Assembly (NCBI GenBank): GCA_902561355.1
Contig: CACEPG010000003.1
Location: 16,753 to 80,752, forward strand
Source: an uncultured Alphaproteobacteria bacterium
Lineage (GTDB): Bacteria > Pseudomonadota > Alphaproteobacteria > HIMB59 > GCA-002718135
Length of the DNA: 64,000 nucleotides
Reading direction: 5' to 3'
Shown: positions 21,681 through 34,667 of the stretch, one piece after another
Numbering within the stretch: position 1 is the stretch's first letter
Layout: each line of letters starts with the position of its first letter
The notes under the pieces: model-generated
What the model was told of the DNA's origin: nothing
Databases searched by the model: none
Seen by the model: the letters and a program-made list of their open reading frames with translations, nothing else
Made by a program: the position numbers and the translations under genes

Positions 21681-22796
21681 ATGAAATTTATAATTGCAAA
21701 ACCCATAATTTTTAAGACCCTATCGCATTTACAAAATATAGTAGATAAAAAAAACACATTACCAATACTCTCAAATATTTTAATTGAGGCTGATAATAAT
21801 AAGCTGACATTGTCATCTACAGATATGGACATATCAATTACAGAAACTGTAAATTGTAATGTTTTGGAGTCTGGTTCGACTACTATAAATGCACAACTTA
21901 TATATGATATTATAAGAAAACTTTCAGATACAAGTGAAATAGAAGTAATCTCAAATGATGGTAAATTGTTAACTTTACGTTCAAGTGGATCACGTTTTTC
22001 ACTAGCATGTTTACCTAAAGAGGATTTTCCTATTATAGAAACCACAAATGATGGTAATAAAATTAAAGCAAAATCTGAAATTCTTTTTAAATTAATTGAT
22101 AAAACTAAATTTGCAATTTCGAATGAGGAAACAAGATATTTTTTAAATGGCTTATATTGTAATATAACTAAAGAAAATAATAATAACTTTATTACTTTTG
22201 TAGGTACAGATGGCCATAGATTAGCAAAGTTTAGTTCACAGAATAATGAATTAAATACTGAAATACCAGGGGTTATAATTCCAAAAAAAACTATAAATGA
22301 ATTATCAAAATTACTATCAGAGAGTACAGACGAAATTGAGCTTGATATAAGTGCAAATAAAATAATATTTTATTTTGATAATTTAATTTTAGTTTCAAAG
22401 TTAATTGATGGAAACTTTCCAGATTATAAAAGAGTTATACCTAATAATAATGAAAATAATTTGATAGTAAAACGAACAAATTTATTATCTGCGGTAGATA
22501 GAGTTAGTACAATTGCGAATGAAAAATCTCCAGTTATAAAATTTAAATTATTAAAAAATTTAGTAAACATGAGTACAATAAATAATGAAAATAGTACTGC
22601 TACTGAAGATTTAGAAGCTATATATGATGGTGAGGAGATAGAAATTGGTTTTAATTCAAAATATATTATGGATATATTAAATAATTTAGAGGAAGACGAT
22701 GTAACTTTATCTTTTAAAGACAACTCATCTCCAATTATTGCTAAAGAAAAATCAAACCCAGATCTTATTTATGTATTAATGCCAATGAGAGTGTAA
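21681..22796 (+). CDS. dnaN: DNA polymerase III beta clamp
   Basis: LPILSNIL, GTDGHRLA, LIDGNFPDY, YVLMPMRV. Confidence 0.97.
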   Translation: MKFIIAKPIIFKTLSHLQNIVDKKNTLPILSNILIEADNNKLTLSSTDMDISITETVNCNVLESGSTTINAQLIYDIIRKLSDTSEIEVISNDGKLLTLRSSGSRFSLACLPKEDFPIIETTNDGNKIKAKSEILFKLIDKTKFAISNEETRYFLNGLYCNITKENNNNFITFVGTDGHRLAKFSSQNNELNTEIPGVIIPKKTINELSKLLSESTDEIELDISANKIIFYFDNLILVSKLIDGNFPDYKRVIPNNNENNLIVKRTNLLSAVDRVSTIANEKSPVIKFKLLKNLVNMSTINNENSTATEDLEAIYDGEEIEIGFNSKYIMDILNNLEEDDVTLSFKDNSSPIIAKEKSNPDLIYVLMPMRV

Positions 22797-22802
22797 ATAT
22801 AA

Positions 22803-26353
<3,551 letters not shown>

Positions 26354-26366
26354 CCAAGAATATTCT

Positions 26367-27593
26367 ATGAACACAATTCTATTGAGCAATCTGATAAAGA
26401 TAAGATGGATTGCAATTATTGGTCAAATATTAACCATTCTGTTAGTAAATTATTTTTTAGACATATCTATATTAATTATAGAGTGTTTATTTGTTGTTTT
26501 TCTATCGATATGTGTAAATTTTTTTTCTTATTTTATTCAAAAAAAAAATAATAAAATTTCAGACAGCCAAGCATTTTTCTTTCTTTTATTTGATACTTCT
26601 CAGTTAGGAATTTTATTGTTTTTGACAGGTGGTATTTTTAATCCATTTGCTATTTTAATTTTAGCACCAGTAATTATATCTGCTTCTTATCTACCAGTTC
26701 TCTGGACAATATTTCTCTCTTCATTTTCAATTCTTCTTATTTTAGTTATAAATTCTAATTTTATTCCTTTAAATTGGAACGAACAAATTTTTATACCTGA
26801 TATATATAATCATGGTTTAATTATTGCACTAATCATTACTATAATATTTATTGCTGTCTATGCATATCTTTTTGCAAATTCATCAAGAAAAATTTCACAA
26901 GCTTTATCAGAAACAAAACTTCAACTTTCTAATCAAAAAAAAATTACTGAAGTAGGATCTTTAAGTGCTGCCGCGGTGCATGAACTTAGTACTCCTTTGA
27001 ATACTATTTTTTTAGTATTAAATGATTTATTAAAAGAAAAAATTTTAATTAAAGATCAAAATTTATTAAAAGATGTTGAACTATTAAAATCACAAGCTGA
27101 GAGATGTAAAGAAATATTATTAAAAATTTCAAAAAATCCATATAATTTGAAAGATAATTTTTTTGAAAAAATAAAAATAGTAGACATAATAAAATTTAAT
27201 TTTGATAAATTTAATACAAACAAGAAGCTCAAAATTTCTAATTTAATAAAAGGAGAAGATGCAAAAATTATATTTAAAGATGAAATAATGTATGCAATTG
27301 GTAATATTATACAAAACGGTATTATTTATTCAAAAACAATAGTTAATGTTGAAATTAAAGTATTATATGATGAATTATTTTTAGTAATATCAGATGATGG
27401 GAGAGGATTTCCAAGAGATATTATAGATAAACTTGGAGAACCCTATATTTCTAAAAATAAAAAAGGTATGGGTTTAGGAATATTTATTGCAAAAAATCTA
27501 ATTGAAAATATGAAAGGTAAAGTTTTATTTTATAATTCAAATGTAAATAATGCAGTTGTTGAAATTAAATTTAACAAATCTATATTATGTTAA
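26367..27593 (+). CDS. regB: RegB/PrrB/ActS-family redox sensor histidine kinase
   Basis: IRWIAIIGQ, quinone-binding GGIFNPF, H-box AAAVHELSTPL, redox Cys in QAERCKEIL, GMGLGIFIA. Confidence 0.92.
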   Translation: MNTILLSNLIKIRWIAIIGQILTILLVNYFLDISILIIECLFVVFLSICVNFFSYFIQKKNNKISDSQAFFFLLFDTSQLGILLFLTGGIFNPFAILILAPVIISASYLPVLWTIFLSSFSILLILVINSNFIPLNWNEQIFIPDIYNHGLIIALIITIIFIAVYAYLFANSSRKISQALSETKLQLSNQKKITEVGSLSAAAVHELSTPLNTIFLVLNDLLKEKILIKDQNLLKDVELLKSQAERCKEILLKISKNPYNLKDNFFEKIKIVDIIKFNFDKFNTNKKLKISNLIKGEDAKIIFKDEIMYAIGNIIQNGIIYSKTIVNVEIKVLYDELFLVISDDGRGFPRDIIDKLGEPYISKNKKGMGLGIFIAKNLIENMKGKVLFYNSNVNNAVVEIKFNKSILC

Positions 27594-28120
27594 TGACTAA
27601 AGAATTAATGATAGTAGATGATGATCTACCTTTTAGAGAAAGATTATCGAGATCTATGAAAAAAAAAGATTTTATCGTAGAATCGTTTCCTAGTTTTAAT
27701 GAATCATTAAAAAGAATTAAAGAAAAAAAATTCGACTATGCAATTGTTGATATGAGATTAAATGATGGTTCAGGTTTAGAATTAATAAAAAAAATAAGAC
27801 AAATTAGTCCAAAAACAAAATCTCTTTTGTTAACTGGCTATGGAAATATTGCAACAGCTGTTGCAGCGATTAAATCTGGCGCAATAGATTATTTACCAAA
27901 ACCAGCTGAAATAGATCAAATATATGATGCTTTAACGAACTCAAAAGAAATATTGCCTCCACCCCCAGAAAATCCAATGACAGCAGATAGGATAAGGTGG
28001 GAACATATACAAAGAGTTTTTGTTCAATGTAACAGAAATGTTTCTGAAACTGCAAGAAGATTAAGAATGCATAGAAGAACACTTCAAAGAATTTTAAATA
28101 AGCATGCTCCAAAAGAATAA
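27593..28120 (+). CDS. regA: RegA/PrrA/ActR-family response regulator
   Basis: LTGYGNIATAVAA, PPPPENPMTADRIRWEHIQRV, NVSETARRLRMHRRTLQRIL; ATG coupled to the regB stop (TAATG; alternative ATG 27587). Confidence 0.95.
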   Translation: MTKELMIVDDDLPFRERLSRSMKKKDFIVESFPSFNESLKRIKEKKFDYAIVDMRLNDGSGLELIKKIRQISPKTKSLLLTGYGNIATAVAAIKSGAIDYLPKPAEIDQIYDALTNSKEILPPPPENPMTADRIRWEHIQRVFVQCNRNVSETARRLRMHRRTLQRILNKHAPKE

Positions 28121-29123
28121 ATACGAACTATCAATAGTTATACCTGTATTTAATGAGGAAAGATATTTAGATAAATTATTTTCTGAATTAATTAAATATT
28201 TTAATGAAAAAAATGTAGAAGTAATTTTTGTTAATGATGGATCAACAGATAAATCTAAAAATATAATAGAAAGTTTAAAAACAAATCAAGAATATAAATT
28301 TAATTTTAATATAATTAATCTAATAAAAAATTTTGGAAAAGGAAAAGCAGTTCGTGAAGGATTTTTGAATTCATCAGGAAAATATGTTATTTTACAAGAT
28401 GCAGATTTAGAACTAGATTTAAAAGACTCAAAAGAATTATTAGATATTATTAAAAATAATGATGCAATCAAATGTATATTTGGAAGTAGATATTTATCAG
28501 GTAAACTAAAAAAACATAATTATTTTTTCAATGAATTATTCGGAAAAATTAATTCATTCATATTTAATATTTTATTTGGACAATCATTAAGTGATATTCA
28601 TTGTGGTTTAAAAGTTTTACATAGAGATGTTATAGATAATATCAAGCTTTCAATAAATGATTTTGGTCTAGAAATTGATTTAGCCGCACAAATTGTAAGA
28701 AATAATTTTTTTATTTATGAATTTGGTGTTTCATATTATTCAAGAACAAGCAAAGAAGGTAAAAAAATTACTTGGGTGGATGGTGTCAAATCTTATTATT
28801 ATTTGTTTAAAGTTAGGTTTATAGATAATCCTATCTCAATCAAAATATCACTAATTTATTCTTCAATGTATATGACTTTTGTTGGATCATATTTTGGGAT
28901 GGGTTCGGGCAAAACATTATTTATGATAGTGTTTTTTATTATTGGTTTGGCAATAGGTTTAAAAAATAAACTTTTACAGTCTTCTCTAATTTTCTTATCA
29001 ATATATATAGGTTCTCTTTTTGGAAATGGACAAGGAAAAGTATTATCAGTAATTTTGTTTTTTTTTATAGGTCTTTATTTAGCAAAAAAAATTAGTAGAT
29101 ACAAAAAGATTAATTTTTTTTAA
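28104..29123 (+). CDS. GT2 glycosyltransferase (DPM/polyprenol-phosphate type) with C-terminal membrane extension
   Basis: SIVIPVFNE, VNDGSTD, NFGKGKAV, QDADLE, FGSRY, GKKITWVDG; hydrophobic C-terminus. Confidence 0.88.
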   Translation: MLQKNKYELSIVIPVFNEERYLDKLFSELIKYFNEKNVEVIFVNDGSTDKSKNIIESLKTNQEYKFNFNIINLIKNFGKGKAVREGFLNSSGKYVILQDADLELDLKDSKELLDIIKNNDAIKCIFGSRYLSGKLKKHNYFFNELFGKINSFIFNILFGQSLSDIHCGLKVLHRDVIDNIKLSINDFGLEIDLAAQIVRNNFFIYEFGVSYYSRTSKEGKKITWVDGVKSYYYLFKVRFIDNPISIKISLIYSSMYMTFVGSYFGMGSGKTLFMIVFFIIGLAIGLKNKLLQSSLIFLSIYIGSLFGNGQGKVLSVILFFFIGLYLAKKISRYKKINFF

Positions 29124-29273
29124 TATAAAAATAAGTATCTTTTTCAAGAGTTTTTTTTAGCTAACTTTTATCCTAGTTCATTTAATAGTGTGTCTAATTT
29201 TTTTGTACATTTAGTTTTAGTTTTTTATAAGTTTCTAAAATTAGTTCAAAAGCAACTACCTTTTTACAATTTT

Positions 29274-30617
29274 TTAGAAATAATTATTATTTCTTAAATT
29301 AAATTGACTAAAAGAAATAGAAATAGCTATTATATAAAAACTAAAAACTCCATTCCAATTTTTTATTAAACTACCTGTAGACATAATTGGCCAAAAAATT
29401 ATTATCATAGATGCTATAGAAATTAATTTAAATTGAATTAAATTTTTTCCCATAATTATAAAATAAAATAAATAACCCAAATACGCTAAAAATGTAATCA
29501 AAGTTATTAAACCACCTTCTGATAACCATTGTATATAAATGTTATGGGGATGAGATGCACAATCATAATTAATCATTTGTTTTTTGTATGATTCATAATT
29601 TAAACAAGCAAACTGATAGTTACCTATACCAACTCCTGTAAAAGGATTATCATTGAACATTTTAAATCCTAAAGAATAAATTTCTCCATATGCTGATGAT
29701 TTAAAGTTTTTTAATATTTCTATGAAGCTAGGTTGAATATTGATAATTTTTTTACATTCTTGATTTTTATTATTTTCACATTCAAAGGTTTTTTCAATTT
29801 TTAACCCTTGGTGATATTGAGTTGAGCTCAGAATTCTAAAGTCATTATAAAAGGGATGTAATTTATAGATTGATCCAATGATTATAATTGATAATATTAT
29901 CGCTAAAAGAAAAACAATTCTTTTATTTGCCATAAATAATAATAAAAAAAATAAAGCTAAAAAATATGTTGCTAAAGACATCCTCTCACCAGATGCAAAG
30001 CATACTACTCCGATAATTGCTAAATAAATTATTTGTAAAAAAAAATTTATTTTATTTTTCTTTAAATAAAAAAATATTAAATATCCAAAAAGTCCAAATC
30101 TTGAAACAAATACTCCTGGGACTAATTCATCTCCAAATGGACCAGTTAAACGTCCATACCAATTTGATTTAAATCCAAGTAAATCAGATCCAAAACCATC
30201 TTTAGAGGAATAATTAAAAAATTGAAAAAGAGTATCTAATAAAACAAAGGTTACAGAAAAAAAAATTATATAAATTAAGATTTTAATATTTTTTTCAGTA
30301 TTTAAAAATACATAATATCCAATTATAGGAATAAGTAAAAATCTAATAAAAATTAAAGAATCTTGAAATGATTTTGTTTTACTTAATGCAAAAAAACTAA
30401 TTAAAATTAATACAAGCCAAAATAAAATTGAAATTATAAATATATTTTTTTTAAATATAAAATAATTTTTTTTTAATAAAATGTAATATATAAGAAAAAA
30501 TATTGCGCCAAAAGTTATAGTAATATCAGGTAGTGCAGGACCTGTTATTAAAAATATTGGTATAAATAAAAATAATATTAAAAAGAATTTATTTATATTG
30601 AAAATTTCATTTTTCAT
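29274..30617 (-). CDS. O-antigen ligase (Wzy_C/WaaL-like) family membrane protein
   Basis: Multiple TM segments; RLTGPFGDE, ASGERMS, PFTGVGIGNY, HPHNIYIQWLSEGG. Confidence 0.85.
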   Translation of the reverse strand: MKNEIFNINKFFLILFLFIPIFLITGPALPDITITFGAIFFLIYYILLKKNYFIFKKNIFIISILFWLVLILISFFALSKTKSFQDSLIFIRFLLIPIIGYYVFLNTEKNIKILIYIIFFSVTFVLLDTLFQFFNYSSKDGFGSDLLGFKSNWYGRLTGPFGDELVPGVFVSRFGLFGYLIFFYLKKNKINFFLQIIYLAIIGVVCFASGERMSLATYFLALFFLLLFMANKRIVFLLAIILSIIIIGSIYKLHPFYNDFRILSSTQYHQGLKIEKTFECENNKNQECKKIINIQPSFIEILKNFKSSAYGEIYSLGFKMFNDNPFTGVGIGNYQFACLNYESYKKQMINYDCASHPHNIYIQWLSEGGLITLITFLAYLGYLFYFIIMGKNLIQFKLISIASMIIIFWPIMSTGSLIKNWNGVFSFYIIAISISFSQFNLRNNNYF

Positions 30618-31533
30618 TTACTAACTTTATAAATACATCCTCTAAGTCACTTTCGTAAGTATTTATTTCAGAAAATTCAATTTTATTTAAATTTAAAATA
30701 TCAATTATTTTTTTAATTGATATGTTGTTCTTATCATAACTAAGAGTCAGTTTATTTTCTTTCAAAACTGGCTTATAAATTTCTAAAGATTTAGGTATTG
30801 TATTATGTTTTGTTAAAGAAAAACTGACTGTTTTGTTTGAAATAATTTCAAGCATATTTTGTTTTGTATCATCTTTAATTACTTTTCCTTTATTAATTAT
30901 AGTTATGTTGTCACATAATTCCTCGGCTTCTTCTATGTAATGAGTAGTAAGACAAATAGTCGTGCCCTCAGCATTGATTTTTTGTATATATTTCCATAGA
31001 GATTTTCTTAAATCGACATCTACTCCAGCAGTCGGTTCATCTAAAATTAACATTTCAGGACTATGAACTAGTGCTTTGGCAACAAGTAATCTTCTTCGCA
31101 TTCCACCTGATAATGTTCTTGCATACGCATTTTTTTGATCAAGTAATCCTACATTATCTAAAATTTGTTCTGTTTTTCTATTTTTTTTTGTTATCCCATA
31201 TAGACCTGCTTGAAGTTCCAGCAATTCATTTGGACTAAAGAAAGGATCAATATTTAATTCTTGTGGGACTATGCCAATTTTAAATTTACTGCTTTTTGAA
31301 TGAGTATCTATATTAAGCCCACATATTTTTATCTCACCACTGTTTTTTTTTACCAAGCTTCCTAAAATATTAATAAAAGTTGATTTTCCAGCACCATTTG
31401 GTCCTAATAAACCATGAATAGAGCCTCTTTTTATTCGAATATTAAAATTGCTCAGCGCATTAACACTTGAAGATTTTTTGAAGAAAATCTTATTAACGTT
31501 TTTTGCTTCTATTGAATATTTATAGTCTAACAT
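30607..31533 (-). CDS. ABC transporter ATP-binding protein (YadG/DrrA-like)
   Basis: GPNGAGKST, LSGGMRRRL, LILDEPT, TTHY; ATG 31533 preferred to avoid overlap with polA. Confidence 0.92.
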   Translation of the reverse strand: MLDYKYSIEAKNVNKIFFKKSSSVNALSNFNIRIKRGSIHGLLGPNGAGKSTFINILGSLVKKNSGEIKICGLNIDTHSKSSKFKIGIVPQELNIDPFFSPNELLELQAGLYGITKKNRKTEQILDNVGLLDQKNAYARTLSGGMRRRLLVAKALVHSPEMLILDEPTAGVDVDLRKSLWKYIQKINAEGTTICLTTHYIEEAEELCDNITIINKGKVIKDDTKQNMLEIISNKTVSFSLTKHNTIPKSLEIYKPVLKENKLTLSYDKNNISIKKIIDILNLNKIEFSEINTYESDLEDVFIKLVNEK

Positions 31534-31566
31534 TCTTATATTACAGTCTATATATTTAATTTTTTT

Positions 31567-34311
31567 ATGAATAAACAAAATAGATTAATTTTAATTGATG
31601 GTTCTGCCTATATTTTTAGAGCCTATTATGGATTACCCCGAATGAATAGGTCAGATGGCACACCTATAAATGCAGTTTTTGGATTTACTAACATGCTTGT
31701 TAAACTAATAGAGGATTATCGTGACAATAAAATGATTGTAATATTTGATGCAGCAAGAGAAAATTTTAGAAATCAAATTTATAAAGAATATAAAGCTAAC
31801 AGAGGTGAAACTCCTGAAGATTTAATACCGCAATTTGATATAATTCGAAAATGTGTAGATGCATTTAAAATACCTCAGTTAGAAATAGAGGGATATGAAG
31901 CAGATGATATTATCGCTACATTTACAAAACTTGCAACTAACAAAAAAATGCATTCATTAATAATTTCTTCTGACAAAGATTTAATGCAGTTAGTTAATGA
32001 AAATGTTTCAATGTTAGATCCAATGAAAAATAAAAATATAGGTATAGATCAGGTTATTGAGAAGTTTGGTCTTCCTCCAGAAAAAGTTATTTATATACAA
32101 GCTTTAACTGGAGACAAAGTTGACAATATTCCTGGAGCTCCAGGAATAGGACCTAAAACAGCACTAGAATTAATTAAAAATTTTGGAGATATTGATGGTT
32201 TACTCAAAAATTCGAATAAAATTAAACAAGAAAAAAGAAGAGAAGCTATAAATGATTCAGTAAAAGATATTTTAACTAGTTTAGAATTGGTAAAATTAAA
32301 GAATGATATAAATTTACCAATTCAAATAGAAAGCATAAAAGCATTTTCTTCAATTGATGATAATACTAATAGCATAATTGAGTTTTTAGGAGAGCAAGGT
32401 TTTAAATCAATTTCCCAAAGATTAGAGAATAATGCTAATGTTTTTTCTAATGTTACTAGAGAAAAACAAAATAAAGTTGAAAAAAATCAATATATTTTAA
32501 TTAATTCTAAAAAAAATTTAGAAGAAATTATATCTAATATCAAGAGAAAGGGTTATTGCACAATTGATACAGAAACGAATTCACTCAATATTGAAAAAGT
32601 AAAATTAGTTGGAGTTTCTTTATGTTGTGAAGAGAACATTTCATATTATATTCCAATCAACCATTTAGATAAAAAAACATCAAAAAAAATTAAAAGCCAA
32701 CTAGATGAAGATTATGTTTTAAATCATTTAAAAAATTTATGTGAAGATAACTCTATACTTAAAATTGGTCAAAATATTAAATTCGATATAAGAGTTTTAG
32801 AGTGTTATAATATTAAAGTTAATTCAATTGCTGATACAATGTTGATGTCCTATGCATTAGATAATGGAATCATCAAACATAATATGGATGATCTAGCATT
32901 TACTCATCTACAACATAGTTGTATAAAATTTAAAGATGTAGTTGGAAGTGGTAAAAGCGAAATTACATTTGATTATGTTGAAATAAATAAGGCTGTTAAT
33001 TATGCAGCGGAAGATGCTCTAGTAACTTTAAAGTTATATAATTTGTTGTTACCAAGAATAATAAGAGAAAAAACTAGATTTGTTTATGAGGATATTGATC
33101 TTAATTTAGTCAATGTTTTATCTTCTATGGAAACTAACGGCATTAAGATTGATAACAAATATTTAAAAGAATTAAGTTATCAATTTGAAATTGAAAGTAA
33201 TAAAATTGCTAGTAAAATTTTTAAAATTTCCAAAAAAGAATTTAATATAGGTTCACCAAAACAATTAGGTGAAATTCTTTTTTTAGATTTAAAAATAGAA
33301 GGTGCCAAAAAGACGAAAAAAGGAGCATTTTCTACAGATTCTTCTACGCTCCAAGATTTAGAATCAAGAGGATATGAAATCGCTAAGCTTGTACTTGAGT
33401 GGAGAGAAGTAACAAAACTCAAGTCAACCTACACAGATGCTTTGCAAGAACAGTCTACTAAAAAAACAGACCGAGTTCATACCTCTTATGGTATAGCCAA
33501 TACTTTGACTGGAAGATTGAGTTCAAATGATCCAAATTTACAAAATATACCTATAAGAACTGAAAATGGAAAAAAAATTAGAAAAGCTTTTATATGTGAA
33601 AAAAATACTAAGTTGATAAGTTTTGATTATTCTCAAATAGAATTAAGATTAGCTGCTGAAATTTCAAAAGATAAAAATTTTATTAATGCATTTATTAATA
33701 AAGAAGATATTCATTCATCAACAGCAAAAGAAATTTTTAATGTTTCTGATAAAAATTTAAATTCTGATTTAAGAAGAAAAGCTAAAGCAATTAATTTTGG
33801 TATTTTATATGGCATCAGTCCTTATGGATTAGCAAAACAACTAAATATTACAAACTCTGAAGCAAAGATATATATTGAAAATTACTTCCATAAATATCCT
33901 AAAATTAAGGAGTATATGAATTTTCAAATTCAATCTGCAAAATCTTCTAATTTTGTATCAACAATTTTTGGGAGACGTTGTAACATTAAAGGAATTAATG
34001 ATAAAAATTTTAATGTACGAGGCTTTGCTGAAAGACAAGCTATAAATGCACCAATCCAAGGAAGTGCAGCTGATATAATTAAATTAGCGATGATTCAAAT
34101 TCATAACAAAATTATATCAAAAGAAATACCAGCTAAAATGCTACTACAAGTACATGATGAATTGATATTTGAAGTAGATAAAAATAAAATTAATAATGTT
34201 TCAGAAAATATAAAAAATATTATGGAAACAGCACATTTAAAATATAAAAATTTTACTGTTCCTCTGACAGTTGAATTTGGTTTGGGTGATACTTGGGCTG
34301 AATCTCATTAA
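31567..34311 (+). CDS. polA: DNA polymerase I
   Basis: 5'-3' exo LIDGSAYIFRAY, 3'-5' exo IDTET, polymerase DYSQIELR, KAINFGILYG, LQVHDEL. Confidence 0.98.
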   Translation: MNKQNRLILIDGSAYIFRAYYGLPRMNRSDGTPINAVFGFTNMLVKLIEDYRDNKMIVIFDAARENFRNQIYKEYKANRGETPEDLIPQFDIIRKCVDAFKIPQLEIEGYEADDIIATFTKLATNKKMHSLIISSDKDLMQLVNENVSMLDPMKNKNIGIDQVIEKFGLPPEKVIYIQALTGDKVDNIPGAPGIGPKTALELIKNFGDIDGLLKNSNKIKQEKRREAINDSVKDILTSLELVKLKNDINLPIQIESIKAFSSIDDNTNSIIEFLGEQGFKSISQRLENNANVFSNVTREKQNKVEKNQYILINSKKNLEEIISNIKRKGYCTIDTETNSLNIEKVKLVGVSLCCEENISYYIPINHLDKKTSKKIKSQLDEDYVLNHLKNLCEDNSILKIGQNIKFDIRVLECYNIKVNSIADTMLMSYALDNGIIKHNMDDLAFTHLQHSCIKFKDVVGSGKSEITFDYVEINKAVNYAAEDALVTLKLYNLLLPRIIREKTRFVYEDIDLNLVNVLSSMETNGIKIDNKYLKELSYQFEIESNKIASKIFKISKKEFNIGSPKQLGEILFLDLKIEGAKKTKKGAFSTDSSTLQDLESRGYEIAKLVLEWREVTKLKSTYTDALQEQSTKKTDRVHTSYGIANTLTGRLSSNDPNLQNIPIRTENGKKIRKAFICEKNTKLISFDYSQIELRLAAEISKDKNFINAFINKEDIHSSTAKEIFNVSDKNLNSDLRRKAKAINFGILYGISPYGLAKQLNITNSEAKIYIENYFHKYPKIKEYMNFQIQSAKSSNFVSTIFGRRCNIKGINDKNFNVRGFAERQAINAPIQGSAADIIKLAMIQIHNKIISKEIPAKMLLQVHDELIFEVDKNKINNVSENIKNIMETAHLKYKNFTVPLTVEFGLGDTWAESH

Positions 34312-34431
34312 ATGAAAAAAAAAGAAAAAAAACAAAATCCAATAGCAAAAGATTTACGAAGCCCTAAGTATAAACAAAGAACTGTTAAAAATAAAAAAAT
34401 TTATAATAGAAAGAAAAAAATTATTACTTAA
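34312..34431 (+). CDS. Small basic 39-aa protein, ArfA-like (not in ORF track)
   Basis: ATG immediately after the polA TAA; reads MKKKEKKQNPIAKDLRSPKYKQRTVKNKKIYNRKKKIIT*; fills the polA-grx gap exactly. Confidence 0.65.
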   Translation: MKKKEKKQNPIAKDLRSPKYKQRTVKNKKIYNRKKKIIT

Positions 34432-34667
34432 AAATTCTCATCTGGATTATTAAAAGCAAGCCACTGTTCTAATTGATTATATGTTCCTATATGTTCGTTA
34501 TTAATAATGATTTGTGGGAATGTTTTAGCATTAGGAAATTTTTGAAAAAATTCTTCTCTTGTAAAATCTTTATCAAGCATGAATATTTGAGGATTATATT
34601 TTGAAAGGCGCATTTTGGCTCTATCACAAAATATACAATTAGTTTTAGAATAAATTTCTGCTTTCAT
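34428..34667 (-). CDS. Glutaredoxin associated with ribonucleotide reductase
   Basis: YSKTNCIFC (CxxC), TFPQI, HIGTY; coupled to the nrdB stop (TAATG). Confidence 0.9.
   Translation of the reverse strand: MKAEIYSKTNCIFCDRAKMRLSKYNPQIFMLDKDFTREEFFQKFPNAKTFPQIIINNEHIGTYNQLEQWLAFNNPDENF

Noticed and set aside
29124-29273. Possible small ORF or gene remnant in the 150-nt gap between GT2 and the WaaL-like gene
   Set aside because: Only short open stretches with no convincing start or recognisable motif; no clear hairpin
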